Positions 19,983 to 29,548 of a DNA stretch of 64,000 bases are shown here, in pieces. This DNA is from a virus, in IMG/VR virus record IMGVR_UViG_3300021226_000189; one strand, written 5' to 3'. How positions within the stretch are numbered: the stretch's first letter is position 1; every line of letters begins with the position of its first letter. The notes below the pieces were generated by a model. The model worked only from the letters and a program-made list of their open reading frames with translations. It had not been told where the DNA came from and ran no database searches. Both the position numbers and the translations under genes were made by a program.

Positions 19983-20745
19983 TATTAATATAGTGGATGT
20001 TCATATCTTCCCTGTAGATATCTTTGTAATAATTATGCGGTAGATCAGCAAACCACACGGAGGGAAAATAACATTCCTTATTCCCAATCAAAGATGCCCA
20101 CCAAGAAAAAGTGGAATTACTCCCAACGATAATATCACACTTACTCATTCTTGTCAACTCTTCAATATCTGTTTTCAATTTTATGATTTGAAAATCATAA
20201 CCATCAAATTCTTGTTGAACTTTTTGTTTACTATCGGTGAACACTTTAATATCACAACCTTTGTATTTTTCAAAAAAATATCTAAAATAATCAGTGTTGC
20301 ATACATGTAATCTTTTAGAAAAATTTAGATAGTCTCCTCTTCTTATATGTATACCAATCTCTGTGTTGCCTTCTTTCTTATCAGAAGTCTCGACTAATGG
20401 TAAATTCAAAAGTGAAATAAATTCATCTTTATCATTTTCAAAATATTTTAATGTTTGAAAATATCCATTCAGAGCAACACTTTCTTCAAAATATGGTATA
20501 GGATCATATCCAAAATTTTTCTCCGAATACATTTCTGAATTATAATCAGTGAAACCGTATTTGAAATTTTTGAATAAAGTATCCCTATAAAATAACGAAT
20601 TATTACCTTGTGTAGCGTGCCAATTTGAAGGATTTAATACTAAATCTTTATCATACTTTTTAGCATAGGAATATCCAGCAGCTACTTGAAATATCTGATT
20701 AGCAACACCACCCATTAAATCTATGTAACATTTACTCATACCCAA
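19975..20745 (-). CDS. Alpha-1,2-fucosyltransferase-like (GT11)
   Basis: GGVANQIFQ, LNGYFQ, HIRRGDY, NSTFSWWAS. Confidence 0.9.
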   Translation of the reverse strand: MGMSKCYIDLMGGVANQIFQVAAGYSYAKKYDKDLVLNPSNWHATQGNNSLFYRDTLFKNFKYGFTDYNSEMYSEKNFGYDPIPYFEESVALNGYFQTLKYFENDKDEFISLLNLPLVETSDKKEGNTEIGIHIRRGDYLNFSKRLHVCNTDYFRYFFEKYKGCDIKVFTDSKQKVQQEFDGYDFQIIKLKTDIEELTRMSKCDIIVGSNSTFSWWASLIGNKECYFPSVWFADLPHNYYKDIYREDMNIHYINNV

Positions 20746-21515
20746 GAACCGTTCAAATATTGATAAAGATTATTAACATGACCACGGTATAATGCGAGCC
20801 ACACTCCAACATTTCCACTATGAGTAACAACTGAACCAGTTTGACTCATGAATAATAAACTAGCCAAAAAATCGCAAGAAAATTCGAACTTTTCTTTACT
20901 GAACATAGGAATAACATGTTGCATTGCCACACTCATATTTCTTTTAATTAAAGGAATTTTATTATTTATAAAAGTGTTTGGATATTTTTTGGTAAAGAAA
21001 TCAGCAAATTCTATCTCATCCGTTTGAAGATAAAAAAGTGGATTTTCATATTTTTGAACGATATTTTCCAATGGTTTGATAAAAGTGCTGTAGGGTGCTA
21101 CCATAGTCTCAGTAACCTTGTCATTACCTCTATAACAAACGCTGATAATATTTTCAGGATTTTGACCCACGTCTTTTTTCAATTGTTCCAGTCTATCTAA
21201 TATCAAATTTGAAGGACTGAAGTAAGAATTTACCAAAGGCGTTAAAGCTGTGAAATCTAATTTTCTATATGGTGTGAATTGAGTCAACCAATCGAAATTA
21301 ATAATTTTACTATCAACTATTGGTTTCTCCTTTTCAGAGAAAATTATAGAAGATAGGTCTTGATTTTGAAATTCTTTATACCAATAAAATTGTTCTGACC
21401 TGTCTACTATAGGGAAATGAGAACGATTATTATAATAGTTACAAATGTCTTGTAATGCGACAGAGCAACAAGAAAAAAAACCAGAATTATGTGTTATTTT
21501 CAAATCAGAAATCAT
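20736..21515 (-). CDS. NodZ/FUT8-like (GT23-like) fucosyltransferase
   Basis: SGFFS, VCYRGNDK (HxRxxDK-like), YLQTDE, SGNVG. Confidence 0.6.
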   Translation of the reverse strand: MISDLKITHNSGFFSCCSVALQDICNYYNNRSHFPIVDRSEQFYWYKEFQNQDLSSIIFSEKEKPIVDSKIINFDWLTQFTPYRKLDFTALTPLVNSYFSPSNLILDRLEQLKKDVGQNPENIISVCYRGNDKVTETMVAPYSTFIKPLENIVQKYENPLFYLQTDEIEFADFFTKKYPNTFINNKIPLIKRNMSVAMQHVIPMFSKEKFEFSCDFLASLLFMSQTGSVVTHSGNVGVWLALYRGHVNNLYQYLNGSWV

Positions 21516-22272
21516 TAATTAATACCATTTTATGATGATAAATATCAGTTGCTTCTCTACCATCAGCAAACCACTTAGATGGAAAATATGCTTCGGTATT
21601 TCCAATCAAAGATGCCCACCAAGAAAAAGTAGAATTACTCCCCACGATAATATCACACTTTGACATTAAAGCAAGTTCTTTAATATCAGATTGCGATTTC
21701 ATTATAGTGAATTCTTTACCTTTAAATTCCTCCAAAACAATTTCAGGTGAATCTGTGAATCCCCAAATTTTAGCACCCTTTACAACTTCGGGTGTGAAGA
21801 TATCAAACATTTTATTAAAATATTCAGTTTTACATACGTGATGTATCGGTGCATGATTGAGATAATCACCTCTTCTTATATGAAAAGCGATATTGACAAC
21901 ACCTAAATGTGTGGGGATATCAACTTCTGGTAAATTTAATAATGATATAAATTCATCTTTATATTCCTCGAAATATTTCAAAGATTGGAAGTATCCGTTC
22001 AATGACACTGTTCCTTCATAAAAGGGTAATTCATCATAATTAAATCGTTTTTCGTGGATGCCGATCACATCTCTAGTGAGACACTTACCATATTCAAAAT
22101 TCTTGAAAATCGTATCCTTATACACTAAAGGATTGGTTCCTTGACCAGCAAACCAATTATAAGGATTGATGATCAATTTCTTACCATGTTTTTTGGCATA
22201 AGCATAACCAGCAGCTATTTGGAATAACTGATTACCGACACCGCCAATAACATTCACGTAACAATTAGACAT
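21505..22272 (-). CDS. Alpha-1,2-fucosyltransferase-like (GT11)
   Basis: GGVGNQLFQ, LNGYFQS, HIRRGDY, NSTFSWWAS. Confidence 0.9.
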   Translation of the reverse strand: MSNCYVNVIGGVGNQLFQIAAGYAYAKKHGKKLIINPYNWFAGQGTNPLVYKDTIFKNFEYGKCLTRDVIGIHEKRFNYDELPFYEGTVSLNGYFQSLKYFEEYKDEFISLLNLPEVDIPTHLGVVNIAFHIRRGDYLNHAPIHHVCKTEYFNKMFDIFTPEVVKGAKIWGFTDSPEIVLEEFKGKEFTIMKSQSDIKELALMSKCDIIVGSNSTFSWWASLIGNTEAYFPSKWFADGREATDIYHHKMVLINDF

Positions 22273-22274
22273 AT

Positions 22275-22871
22275 TTAAAATTGAAACAATATAATTTTGT
22301 TATCGTAGTATGTTCCAAAATCAAAATATGAAAATTCTGCCTTTGGAGTTTTTTTCAATATGTTGAGTAATCCGTTTGGATCATAACCAACATCTTCTAT
22401 TATAATAACACCTCCCTTTTCTATTTTATCAGAATATAATTCCAACAATTTAACATGAGAATCTGGAGAATGAGGGCCATCATCGATAAGAATCGTTATA
22501 TTTTCAAATTTATTCGCTATTTCCTCGGTATATGCGTCTCCTACTATATACTCAACATTTTTTCCAGAAATCCATTCATTATTTATTGGTACAGAATGTT
22601 CATTTTTATCATATAGATTATCTAAACCATATATTTTACTATCTTCTGAAAAGTATTCTCTCCATAATTTTAAAGATGCTCCACTTCTAACCCCAATTTC
22701 GACTATAGTGTTATTATTGTCTCTAAATTTTTTAAAGAAATCTTCATAAAATTTATCTATATAAGATTTTGGATGACCTTTATCTGTCCCGTAATTGGGA
22801 TTAACTCTCATATTTTCTTCATCGAAAATATTCAGTTTATATTCATTTAAAATTTGTTTCAATGTTTTCAT
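22275..22871 (-). CDS. Class I SAM-dependent methyltransferase (likely sugar O-methyltransferase)
   Basis: GTDK..KSY, IVEIGVRSGASL, IDDGPH, GGVIIIED. Confidence 0.85.
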   Translation of the reverse strand: MKTLKQILNEYKLNIFDEENMRVNPNYGTDKGHPKSYIDKFYEDFFKKFRDNNNTIVEIGVRSGASLKLWREYFSEDSKIYGLDNLYDKNEHSVPINNEWISGKNVEYIVGDAYTEEIANKFENITILIDDGPHSPDSHVKLLELYSDKIEKGGVIIIEDVGYDPNGLLNILKKTPKAEFSYFDFGTYYDNKIILFQF

Positions 22872-23683
22872 AGTAATTTATTTATAATTTCATATATATT
22901 ATTCTCCGTATGGAATCCCATATCATTTATTTTCGATGTATCTAAATACATCGACTCAACTTGTACAATTTTATGGAAATCTGATGCTTCCATACTTCCT
23001 ATTTCGCTAGAAGAATTTATTGCTCGATGTGCATAATCTATAATATCTCTGAATAAGATTGGTTTCCCACTCGATAAATTATATGTTTCACCACTTTTTC
23101 CTTCAGACATTAAAAATTCAATACCAGAAACAACATCATCTATATGGATATAATCTCTATAAAAATAACCATTGTTATAGAGATTAATCGGGTTGTTTTC
23201 CTTCATCTCATTTATCAAATATTGAAGAGCGTTTTTCTTTTTTGAAATTTTAGAATCAGTATTTCCAACCACATTACCTAATCTTATTATTTTATAATTA
23301 ATATTGAATGTTTTACAGTAAGAATGGATTAACAATTCAGCCGCATATTTAGTTATCGAATAAAATCCTCTTGGATTGCAAATCGAATCCTCTCTAGCTG
23401 GAAGGGTGGTGTCCCCATATACAAACCAAGAACTTATAAAGGTAAATTCCATACCTTTTATTTTTCTACATTCATCCAATACGTTCATAAGATGAATGAG
23501 ATTTGTATTTATATCTAACTTAGAATCTGTTAAAACGTTGTAATTATCAACGGTGCTTATCAAGTATAAAACTTTATCACTAAGAGGAGTGAAAGAGTTT
23601 CTATCTATGATTACGACATCGGACTTCTTTTTATCACAAAAAGCCTGTCCTATAAAACCACTACCACCAAATACAGATATCAT
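22868..23683 (-). CDS. NAD-dependent epimerase/dehydratase (extended SDR)
   Basis: GGSGFIG, SSWFVYG, YSITK (YxxxK), RDYIHIDD. Confidence 0.9.
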   Translation of the reverse strand: MISVFGGSGFIGQAFCDKKKSDVVIIDRNSFTPLSDKVLYLISTVDNYNVLTDSKLDINTNLIHLMNVLDECRKIKGMEFTFISSWFVYGDTTLPAREDSICNPRGFYSITKYAAELLIHSYCKTFNINYKIIRLGNVVGNTDSKISKKKNALQYLINEMKENNPINLYNNGYFYRDYIHIDDVVSGIEFLMSEGKSGETYNLSSGKPILFRDIIDYAHRAINSSSEIGSMEASDFHKIVQVESMYLDTSKINDMGFHTENNIYEIINKLL

Positions 23684-24966
23684 TGGAATTTTGAAATTAC
23701 GTCTTCAATATAATCAAATACTGGCTGCGTGTAATGCGGTGCAGCCCCAACAAAAAATACAGAATTCAACACTTTGTTAGCTTCGGGATATTTTTTATAG
23801 TCATCCAAGTTTTTATACCCAGGATGTAAGAGAATATTTCCAGCAAAATAATTTCTCGTTTGAATTTTATTATCTTCTAAATGCTTAACGATTCTATGCT
23901 TAACGCCAATATCTTCACAGATAAATGGTGTGCCGAACCAACAAGGATCTGCTTTTTCTAAAACTTTCGGGCTTCTAATATTAGAGATATGTTTATTGAA
24001 AATTTCTGATATTTTACGATTAGAATTTCTTCTATTGGATTCCATTTCATCCAATTTTTCAAGCTGAACCAAACCGATAGCACCTTGTAAATCTAAAGGT
24101 TTTAAATTATACCCCATTTCAGAAAAAACATATTTATGATCTATAACACCGTCAAAATTCTCCAACCAATTATCAAATCTATTACCACATGTTCCACAAG
24201 GAAGCAAATTTGCAGCCCCCACACAGTAACAATCTCTACCCCACCAACTCAAACTAACAAACAATTTTTTAAGTTCGATATCGTTTGAACATACCATACC
24301 ACCCTCTCCAGTTGAGATATGGTGAGCAGGATAAAAAGAATTAGAATACGCTACGTAGTATTCATTGAGATATTTTCCATCCCACTTACTCCCCAAACTA
24401 TCGCAATTATCACCTACCAAAAGAATTCCATGTTTTTCACTGATAGCAATCAATCTATCCATATCAGGAGGATTTCCCAATACTGGAGAGACAAAAATAG
24501 CTTTTGTTTTATTTGTTATTTTGGATTCGATTTGTTCTAAATCGAAGTTTAAAGTATCCCATTCAATATCAACAAATACAGGAGTTAATTTATTTTGATA
24601 GATAACAGAAACGGTAGTAGCGAACCCAACAGGAGATACAATCACTTCATCTCCGTCTTGCCAATTAAATCTTCGTTTTAATGCTGAAATTAAAACAAGA
24701 TTCGCGGAACTTCCAGAGTTCACCATATGTCCATATTTGGTATTAAACCTTTTAGAAAATTGACTTTCAAATTTATGAACCTTTTCTCCAGCAGTGATCC
24801 ACTTACCATTTAAAAATGAATCTAATGCTGCTTCAGTCTCTCGATTATCCCAGTATGGACCAGAATAATAAATCGGTGTTTTACCAGCTTTAAATTCTTT
24901 AGCATTGTAGATATAAGGCGATACATGATTGCCTACCAGTGTTTTGATATCTTCTTTTAAGATCAT
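23680..24966 (-). CDS. rfbH: CDP-4-keto-6-deoxyglucose 3-dehydratase-like (RfbH/DdhC, DegT/DnrJ family)
   Basis: VNSGSSANL, DNCDSLG, SFYPAHHISTGEGG (His at the usual Schiff-base Lys position), GRDCYC...CGNRF Fe-S motif. Confidence 0.8.
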   Translation of the reverse strand: MILKEDIKTLVGNHVSPYIYNAKEFKAGKTPIYYSGPYWDNRETEAALDSFLNGKWITAGEKVHKFESQFSKRFNTKYGHMVNSGSSANLVLISALKRRFNWQDGDEVIVSPVGFATTVSVIYQNKLTPVFVDIEWDTLNFDLEQIESKITNKTKAIFVSPVLGNPPDMDRLIAISEKHGILLVGDNCDSLGSKWDGKYLNEYYVAYSNSFYPAHHISTGEGGMVCSNDIELKKLFVSLSWWGRDCYCVGAANLLPCGTCGNRFDNWLENFDGVIDHKYVFSEMGYNLKPLDLQGAIGLVQLEKLDEMESNRRNSNRKISEIFNKHISNIRSPKVLEKADPCWFGTPFICEDIGVKHRIVKHLEDNKIQTRNYFAGNILLHPGYKNLDDYKKYPEANKVLNSVFFVGAAPHYTQPVFDYIEDVISKFQ

Positions 24967-25046
24967 AATTATTTTATGGTTGAATTAAAAATATAGGGGT
25001 TCGAATCTCTCGATTACATAATGAGCGTCTTCCACATTTTCCAAGA

Positions 25047-25074
25047 ATTCTAATACCTTCTTGTAAAAAGTCAA
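25047..25074 (-). promoter_or_regulatory. sigma70-like promoter TTGACT-N16-TAGAAT
   Basis: Intergenic, upstream of rfbH. Confidence 0.65.
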
Positions 25075-25118
25075 GGGTCTTAATTTTATTTGATTCTTGG
25101 AAATTCCAAAATTCCATA

Positions 25119-25763
25119 TTAATCAAATAATCCTTTTTTCCCATGGAAAGCAAATGGTTTAATTCCTATGGTTTCTGGTAATTGGGTTTCATGTGAAAAA
25201 TATTTAGCAACATCAATATCCGCAAATTTCATCCCATGCTCTTTGTATACGTGACGATAATTGACGCATATAAACCCATCTTCATTACTAAATCCATGGA
25301 AAGATTTCCATTCCAATTTTAATTCTGAAGCTAGATCTGTCAATTTTTTACTTCTTAAAGAAACACTATTGCCGACTCGTATTAATTCACCATTTATATC
25401 TCTGTAAGAAAAATTATCATTGGGAAGCGGCCATGGTGCGCCAATGTAATCGTATTTTAAAAATTCATCTCTCCACATTTCAGGATTAATTATAAACCCA
25501 TCATCATGAATCAAAATTAAAAATTCTGTATCAACGTGTTTCCCTAATTTATAAATTATATCATGATTCCACTCGTCTATATTTGACATTTTTTCAGTGA
25601 ATTCGTGAGTGATTTGATCAGGAAGATTTTCGGGTGTAACGTCAGAAACAATTTTAACAGCCCCAAAATTTATACCACGCATACTATACTGCAAAGCTTT
25701 TATAGTCTGTGGAATTTTCACAGATGTCATCGCAATTAATGTAACATTTGGAAGATCGATCAT
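25119..25763 (-). CDS. DUF5672-like putative glycosyltransferase
   Basis: LIHDDGF, YDYIGAPW, VGNSVSLRS, EDGFIC, PFAFHG. Confidence 0.75.
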   Translation of the reverse strand: MIDLPNVTLIAMTSVKIPQTIKALQYSMRGINFGAVKIVSDVTPENLPDQITHEFTEKMSNIDEWNHDIIYKLGKHVDTEFLILIHDDGFIINPEMWRDEFLKYDYIGAPWPLPNDNFSYRDINGELIRVGNSVSLRSKKLTDLASELKLEWKSFHGFSNEDGFICVNYRHVYKEHGMKFADIDVAKYFSHETQLPETIGIKPFAFHGKKGLFD

Positions 25764-25766
25764 ATT

Positions 25767-26633
25767 TTATTGTTTAATCATGTGGTGATATTTTTCAATA
25801 TTATTCAACAAATATTTTGGATAAGATTCATCTACTGGAACTAATTCAAGTTTACTTCTTGAAAACGGATCGATATTATTCTCAATATTGAAATTAATTT
25901 TGTCGAGAATATCTTGATTGTTGAGTTCTTGGTGGGAATAAGCCTTTATTTTATTTTTAACGTGATTTTGATCACCCATAAAACTAAAGTGCCACCCTCC
26001 ATTTGATAACTCACAATTTTTTTGCGCTCGTAGTTCATTGAATGAATAGTGTTTAATATTTTTAAATCTACTGATCCGAGAACCTTTCCAATTGTATTCT
26101 TTCAATAAATTTATATAGTAATAATAAGTGGTTTGTTGGAGGGTAAAGAACGGCTCCATATCAATAAACTTATCAACTTTTGATAAAATTTCAGGGTTTG
26201 GGATTTCATCACAATCAGACAATATGATTATATCATCATCTGAACAATCCACTAATCCCCTTCTCACAGATTCTTTTTGAAAGAAATCCCGCCCATAATG
26301 GGGATGTATTTCGGGGATAAATAATTTCGTGTCATTTATAAATTTGTATATATCTTTCAGACATTCCTCATCGAATGATTTGGGAGTATCTATGGTTGGT
26401 AGATTCGTGAAATCTGTTGGAATATCGTTAATTTTAATATGAATTATTTTATGGAGAAATTTGGAAAATCTCTCTTTATTATCTTCGAAAATATAAGATT
26501 TCGGAAGACCACTATGGGTAACATCCGCTTCACACAACACGAAATAATCGACATATTCATCTAGTATATTGAAGCGGAGTTCTAATAAATCTAATTCATT
26601 AAAAAATATAAAACAGTCGTAAATTTTTCTCAT
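25767..26633 (-). CDS. Beta-1,4-GlcNAc transferase-like (GT17)
   Basis: IYDCFIFFNELDLLELR, SDCDEIP, GGWHFSF. Confidence 0.9.
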   Translation of the reverse strand: MRKIYDCFIFFNELDLLELRFNILDEYVDYFVLCEADVTHSGLPKSYIFEDNKERFSKFLHKIIHIKINDIPTDFTNLPTIDTPKSFDEECLKDIYKFINDTKLFIPEIHPHYGRDFFQKESVRRGLVDCSDDDIIILSDCDEIPNPEILSKVDKFIDMEPFFTLQQTTYYYYINLLKEYNWKGSRISRFKNIKHYSFNELRAQKNCELSNGGWHFSFMGDQNHVKNKIKAYSHQELNNQDILDKINFNIENNIDPFSRSKLELVPVDESYPKYLLNNIEKYHHMIKQ

Positions 26634-27541
26634 AATATATTGTGTTGTTTGTAAAATTGTTGCGCTTCTTCTTTACACTCATCGTAATTGAACATATTCC
26701 CATCACGATCAATATATTTGAAAAATCTAGAATATACATCCCCTGTCGCCCAATATCCATTGCTCACATTGTGTCTAGCCCAATATTTTGGAGCTATGAT
26801 TTCTTTACATTTTGTATTCAACCAAGCTGCCCACCATCCAAAAGACGAATTGGATATGATCAGCCACTTAGCTTGATTCACTACATAAAAATCAAATCCA
26901 ACATCAACATGAATAGTTGGAATATCAAACGGCATGAATGTTTTACTAAGATTCACATCATCAGTAATAACCAAGAATTTCATATTTGAATTGTTTTTCA
27001 ACATATGATTTATTGAATCCCTCCAATATTCTTTCCTCAATAAAACATTATATAATCCTGTATATTCACCACCTCTAAAATTAATCACACATAAATCGTC
27101 ATTTAAGGAAATACCCATCTCTGATAATTGATCATCATATTTTTTCTTATAGTCATCATTAATAGAAAACCATTCTAATACGTCAGATCTCCTATCTATA
27201 ATATAATCCTCTGATTGAAATAATCCACCAAATGCACCATTATCACCCAACATTATGGTATTATCTTCAATATGGTAAAGACGTTTATCCAAGACGGTAA
27301 CATTAACTTGATCAACGTGATAGATACTTATCCACCTTTCATGAAACTCTTTGGTTATACCTTCAACTGGTTTACCAAAATCAACATTCATAAATTTCAT
27401 CTGGTTATCCCCGTTGAAATAATCATGAGTAGGGGAAGACGTAATCCCCCACTCGTAACCTTTATATTCAGCTATAATTCTACACACAGCATATTGCCAC
27501 ATATGATTCCCTAAATTCCCCGTCAAATTTGTTGTGATCAT
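26630..27541 (-). CDS. Alpha-1,2-fucosyltransferase-like (GT11)
   Basis: GNLGNHMWQYA, FQSEDY, NFRGGEY, SNSSFGWWAAWL. Confidence 0.85.
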   Translation of the reverse strand: MITTNLTGNLGNHMWQYAVCRIIAEYKGYEWGITSSPTHDYFNGDNQMKFMNVDFGKPVEGITKEFHERWISIYHVDQVNVTVLDKRLYHIEDNTIMLGDNGAFGGLFQSEDYIIDRRSDVLEWFSINDDYKKKYDDQLSEMGISLNDDLCVINFRGGEYTGLYNVLLRKEYWRDSINHMLKNNSNMKFLVITDDVNLSKTFMPFDIPTIHVDVGFDFYVVNQAKWLIISNSSFGWWAAWLNTKCKEIIAPKYWARHNVSNGYWATGDVYSRFFKYIDRDGNMFNYDECKEEAQQFYKQHNIL

Positions 27542-28243
27542 TTATTTTTCGTATTTGGATTTAATATAAAAATGTTCATTGTCAATCATGTGGCTGGTGG
27601 TTGCTTGGGTTGTTTGTCCAGACCAAGTTCTCACCACTCCCAACGGAATATTACTCTGTAAAATAGTCGGTTGTCCATATTTCATAATCATTCTATGATA
27701 GAATTCTGTGTCCATCATATATGAAAGTTTCTCATCGAAGAAATTATCATCGTTGATAAAATATATTACACTCGGTGGTCCTAATGTATTAATACCATTA
27801 ATGAAATTATCGTTACTATATGGAGTTCTCTGATTATAATATGCATTGGTATCACCGTTCAAATGTGTGTATTCATGAGCATACCAAGTATCTTCTAAGT
27901 TATTCAGAACATGTTTTAATGATTTTGAATTATAAAAAAAATCATCTTGGAACAATGGTTTGATGTATTTACCAGAGCTATTTTTAATACAGTTATTTAA
28001 ATTTGCCGACATCGATCCACGCCCATGAGAATTTTTAAAATATTTGATATTTAAATCTTTAAAATTATCACAACACTTTTCAATTTCATTATCAAGAGAA
28101 TGGTCAGAAACGATAATTTCGACATTCGATAGATCACATTCCTGCGCTCTTATAATTGATAAAGATTCACTCAAATACTTCACCCCAACACCACTCATTT
28201 CGTAGCAAGGAACACATAATGATAATAGTGGTTTATCTATCAT
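27542..28243 (-). CDS. Glycosyltransferase family 2
   Basis: SLCVPCYE, EIIVSDHS, LFQDD, MDTEFY. Confidence 0.85.
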   Translation of the reverse strand: MIDKPLLSLCVPCYEMSGVGVKYLSESLSIIRAQECDLSNVEIIVSDHSLDNEIEKCCDNFKDLNIKYFKNSHGRGSMSANLNNCIKNSSGKYIKPLFQDDFFYNSKSLKHVLNNLEDTWYAHEYTHLNGDTNAYYNQRTPYSNDNFINGINTLGPPSVIYFINDDNFFDEKLSYMMDTEFYHRMIMKYGQPTILQSNIPLGVVRTWSGQTTQATTSHMIDNEHFYIKSKYEK

Positions 28244-28244
28244 A

Positions 28245-28862
28245 TCACTTCAACCATGTGTAATCACATTTACATTCATCCACATCACTATAATCATCAC
28301 CCTGCCACACTACAGACTTTTCACCGTTTTTCAAAACATAAGATGGAAATGCTCTATGGAAAGCTGCGTAGTAAACATCTACGGGTGCATTTGCTTCAGC
28401 AATCAGGTGTAGTATTTTAGGTATAATATCACATTTGATGGCATATGCATGTGTTGTTAAAGATGACACCATTCTAAATACATTATTTTTAACATGTGTT
28501 AAACCATTCAAATGATTACCACCCAAGTATAAAAATTTCCAATCATCAGGAACATCTATCAAGTTATTCTCAAAAAAAGAATTCAAGCCCTCATCGAATG
28601 ATACGTCATCTTCAAATACTAATATTTTCTCATACCCTTCTTTAAGAGCTTTATTTAAAATATTCCAATGACTAGATAAGCAAGCTAGAGGTCCATTAGC
28701 TATTTTAGATTCATTTTTGATATTATTTTTATCAATAGCAGAAAATCTATCGACAATTATACCATCTCTTTCAAAGAGATTGGAACATTTTTCCCATCTA
28801 TCTGGTCGTCTATCCAGATTTATACAATAAATTTTATCGAAATATTCGTTCAATTTTTTCAT
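28245..28862 (-). CDS. Glycosyltransferase family 25
   Basis: YCINLDRRPDRW, CLSSH, LVFEDD, THAYAI. Confidence 0.9.
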   Translation of the reverse strand: MKKLNEYFDKIYCINLDRRPDRWEKCSNLFERDGIIVDRFSAIDKNNIKNESKIANGPLACLSSHWNILNKALKEGYEKILVFEDDVSFDEGLNSFFENNLIDVPDDWKFLYLGGNHLNGLTHVKNNVFRMVSSLTTHAYAIKCDIIPKILHLIAEANAPVDVYYAAFHRAFPSYVLKNGEKSVVWQGDDYSDVDECKCDYTWLK

Positions 28863-29548
28863 AAATTAGCAACATCTTTATTATATTGTTCAATGACTTG
28901 TAACCCCAAATTAAAAAGATGGATATTATCATGAGTTCCTCCGATATCAATATCGGTATCTCCATTGCTGGGGTTATATTTCTGAACTCTCCAAGACATG
29001 CCTTCGTAATGTTTGAAGTATTTATTTTCCATTTTAGCGTTTGCAACTGTTAATTCTGCTTTGATAACATCTTCAAACATTGTAGATCCGATATCATAAA
29101 TTCTTTCAGATTTTATTTCTTTAGTTCTATAATGATCGTAGAATCTAATATTATTCGTTTTCAACTGTTCTAAATCTATAAAGCAAAACCAAGGATTCAC
29201 TCTCGGATATAATGATTTTCCGCCACGATCACCAACAACTTCTCCCATTAGAGCAAATCCATCTTCTTTAAAGGTTTCATATGGTTTTGTTATATCTTGT
29301 AAGAACAAGACATCGGAATCGACGAGTAACATGTATCTAGTTTCCACAAGATCGAAAGCAGCATTGACAGCATTTCCATGTGAGGTGTTCAACATTTTAA
29401 TATTTTGAACTCCCATCATAGATGATTTTCCAGTATCTATCACCATTATTTTAGGCAATACTGTGCAATTTTTTTCTATAGATTTTTTAAGATTCGCGAT
29501 AAGGTCTGGAGTATCGCAATTACACGTTACAATCGTCAAATCATCCAT
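28859..29548 (-). CDS. GT-A fold glycosyltransferase
   Basis: HGNAVN, LLVDSDV (DxD), YDIGS, HYEGMSW. Confidence 0.7.
   Translation of the reverse strand: MDDLTIVTCNCDTPDLIANLKKSIEKNCTVLPKIMVIDTGKSSMMGVQNIKMLNTSHGNAVNAAFDLVETRYMLLVDSDVLFLQDITKPYETFKEDGFALMGEVVGDRGGKSLYPRVNPWFCFIDLEQLKTNNIRFYDHYRTKEIKSERIYDIGSTMFEDVIKAELTVANAKMENKYFKHYEGMSWRVQKYNPSNGDTDIDIGGTHDNIHLFNLGLQVIEQYNKDVANL

Noticed and set aside
24993-25011. tRNA T-arm-like GGGGTTCGAATCTC
   Set aside because: No acceptor stem, D-arm or anticodon arm can be folded from the flanking AT-rich sequence. At most a remnant.
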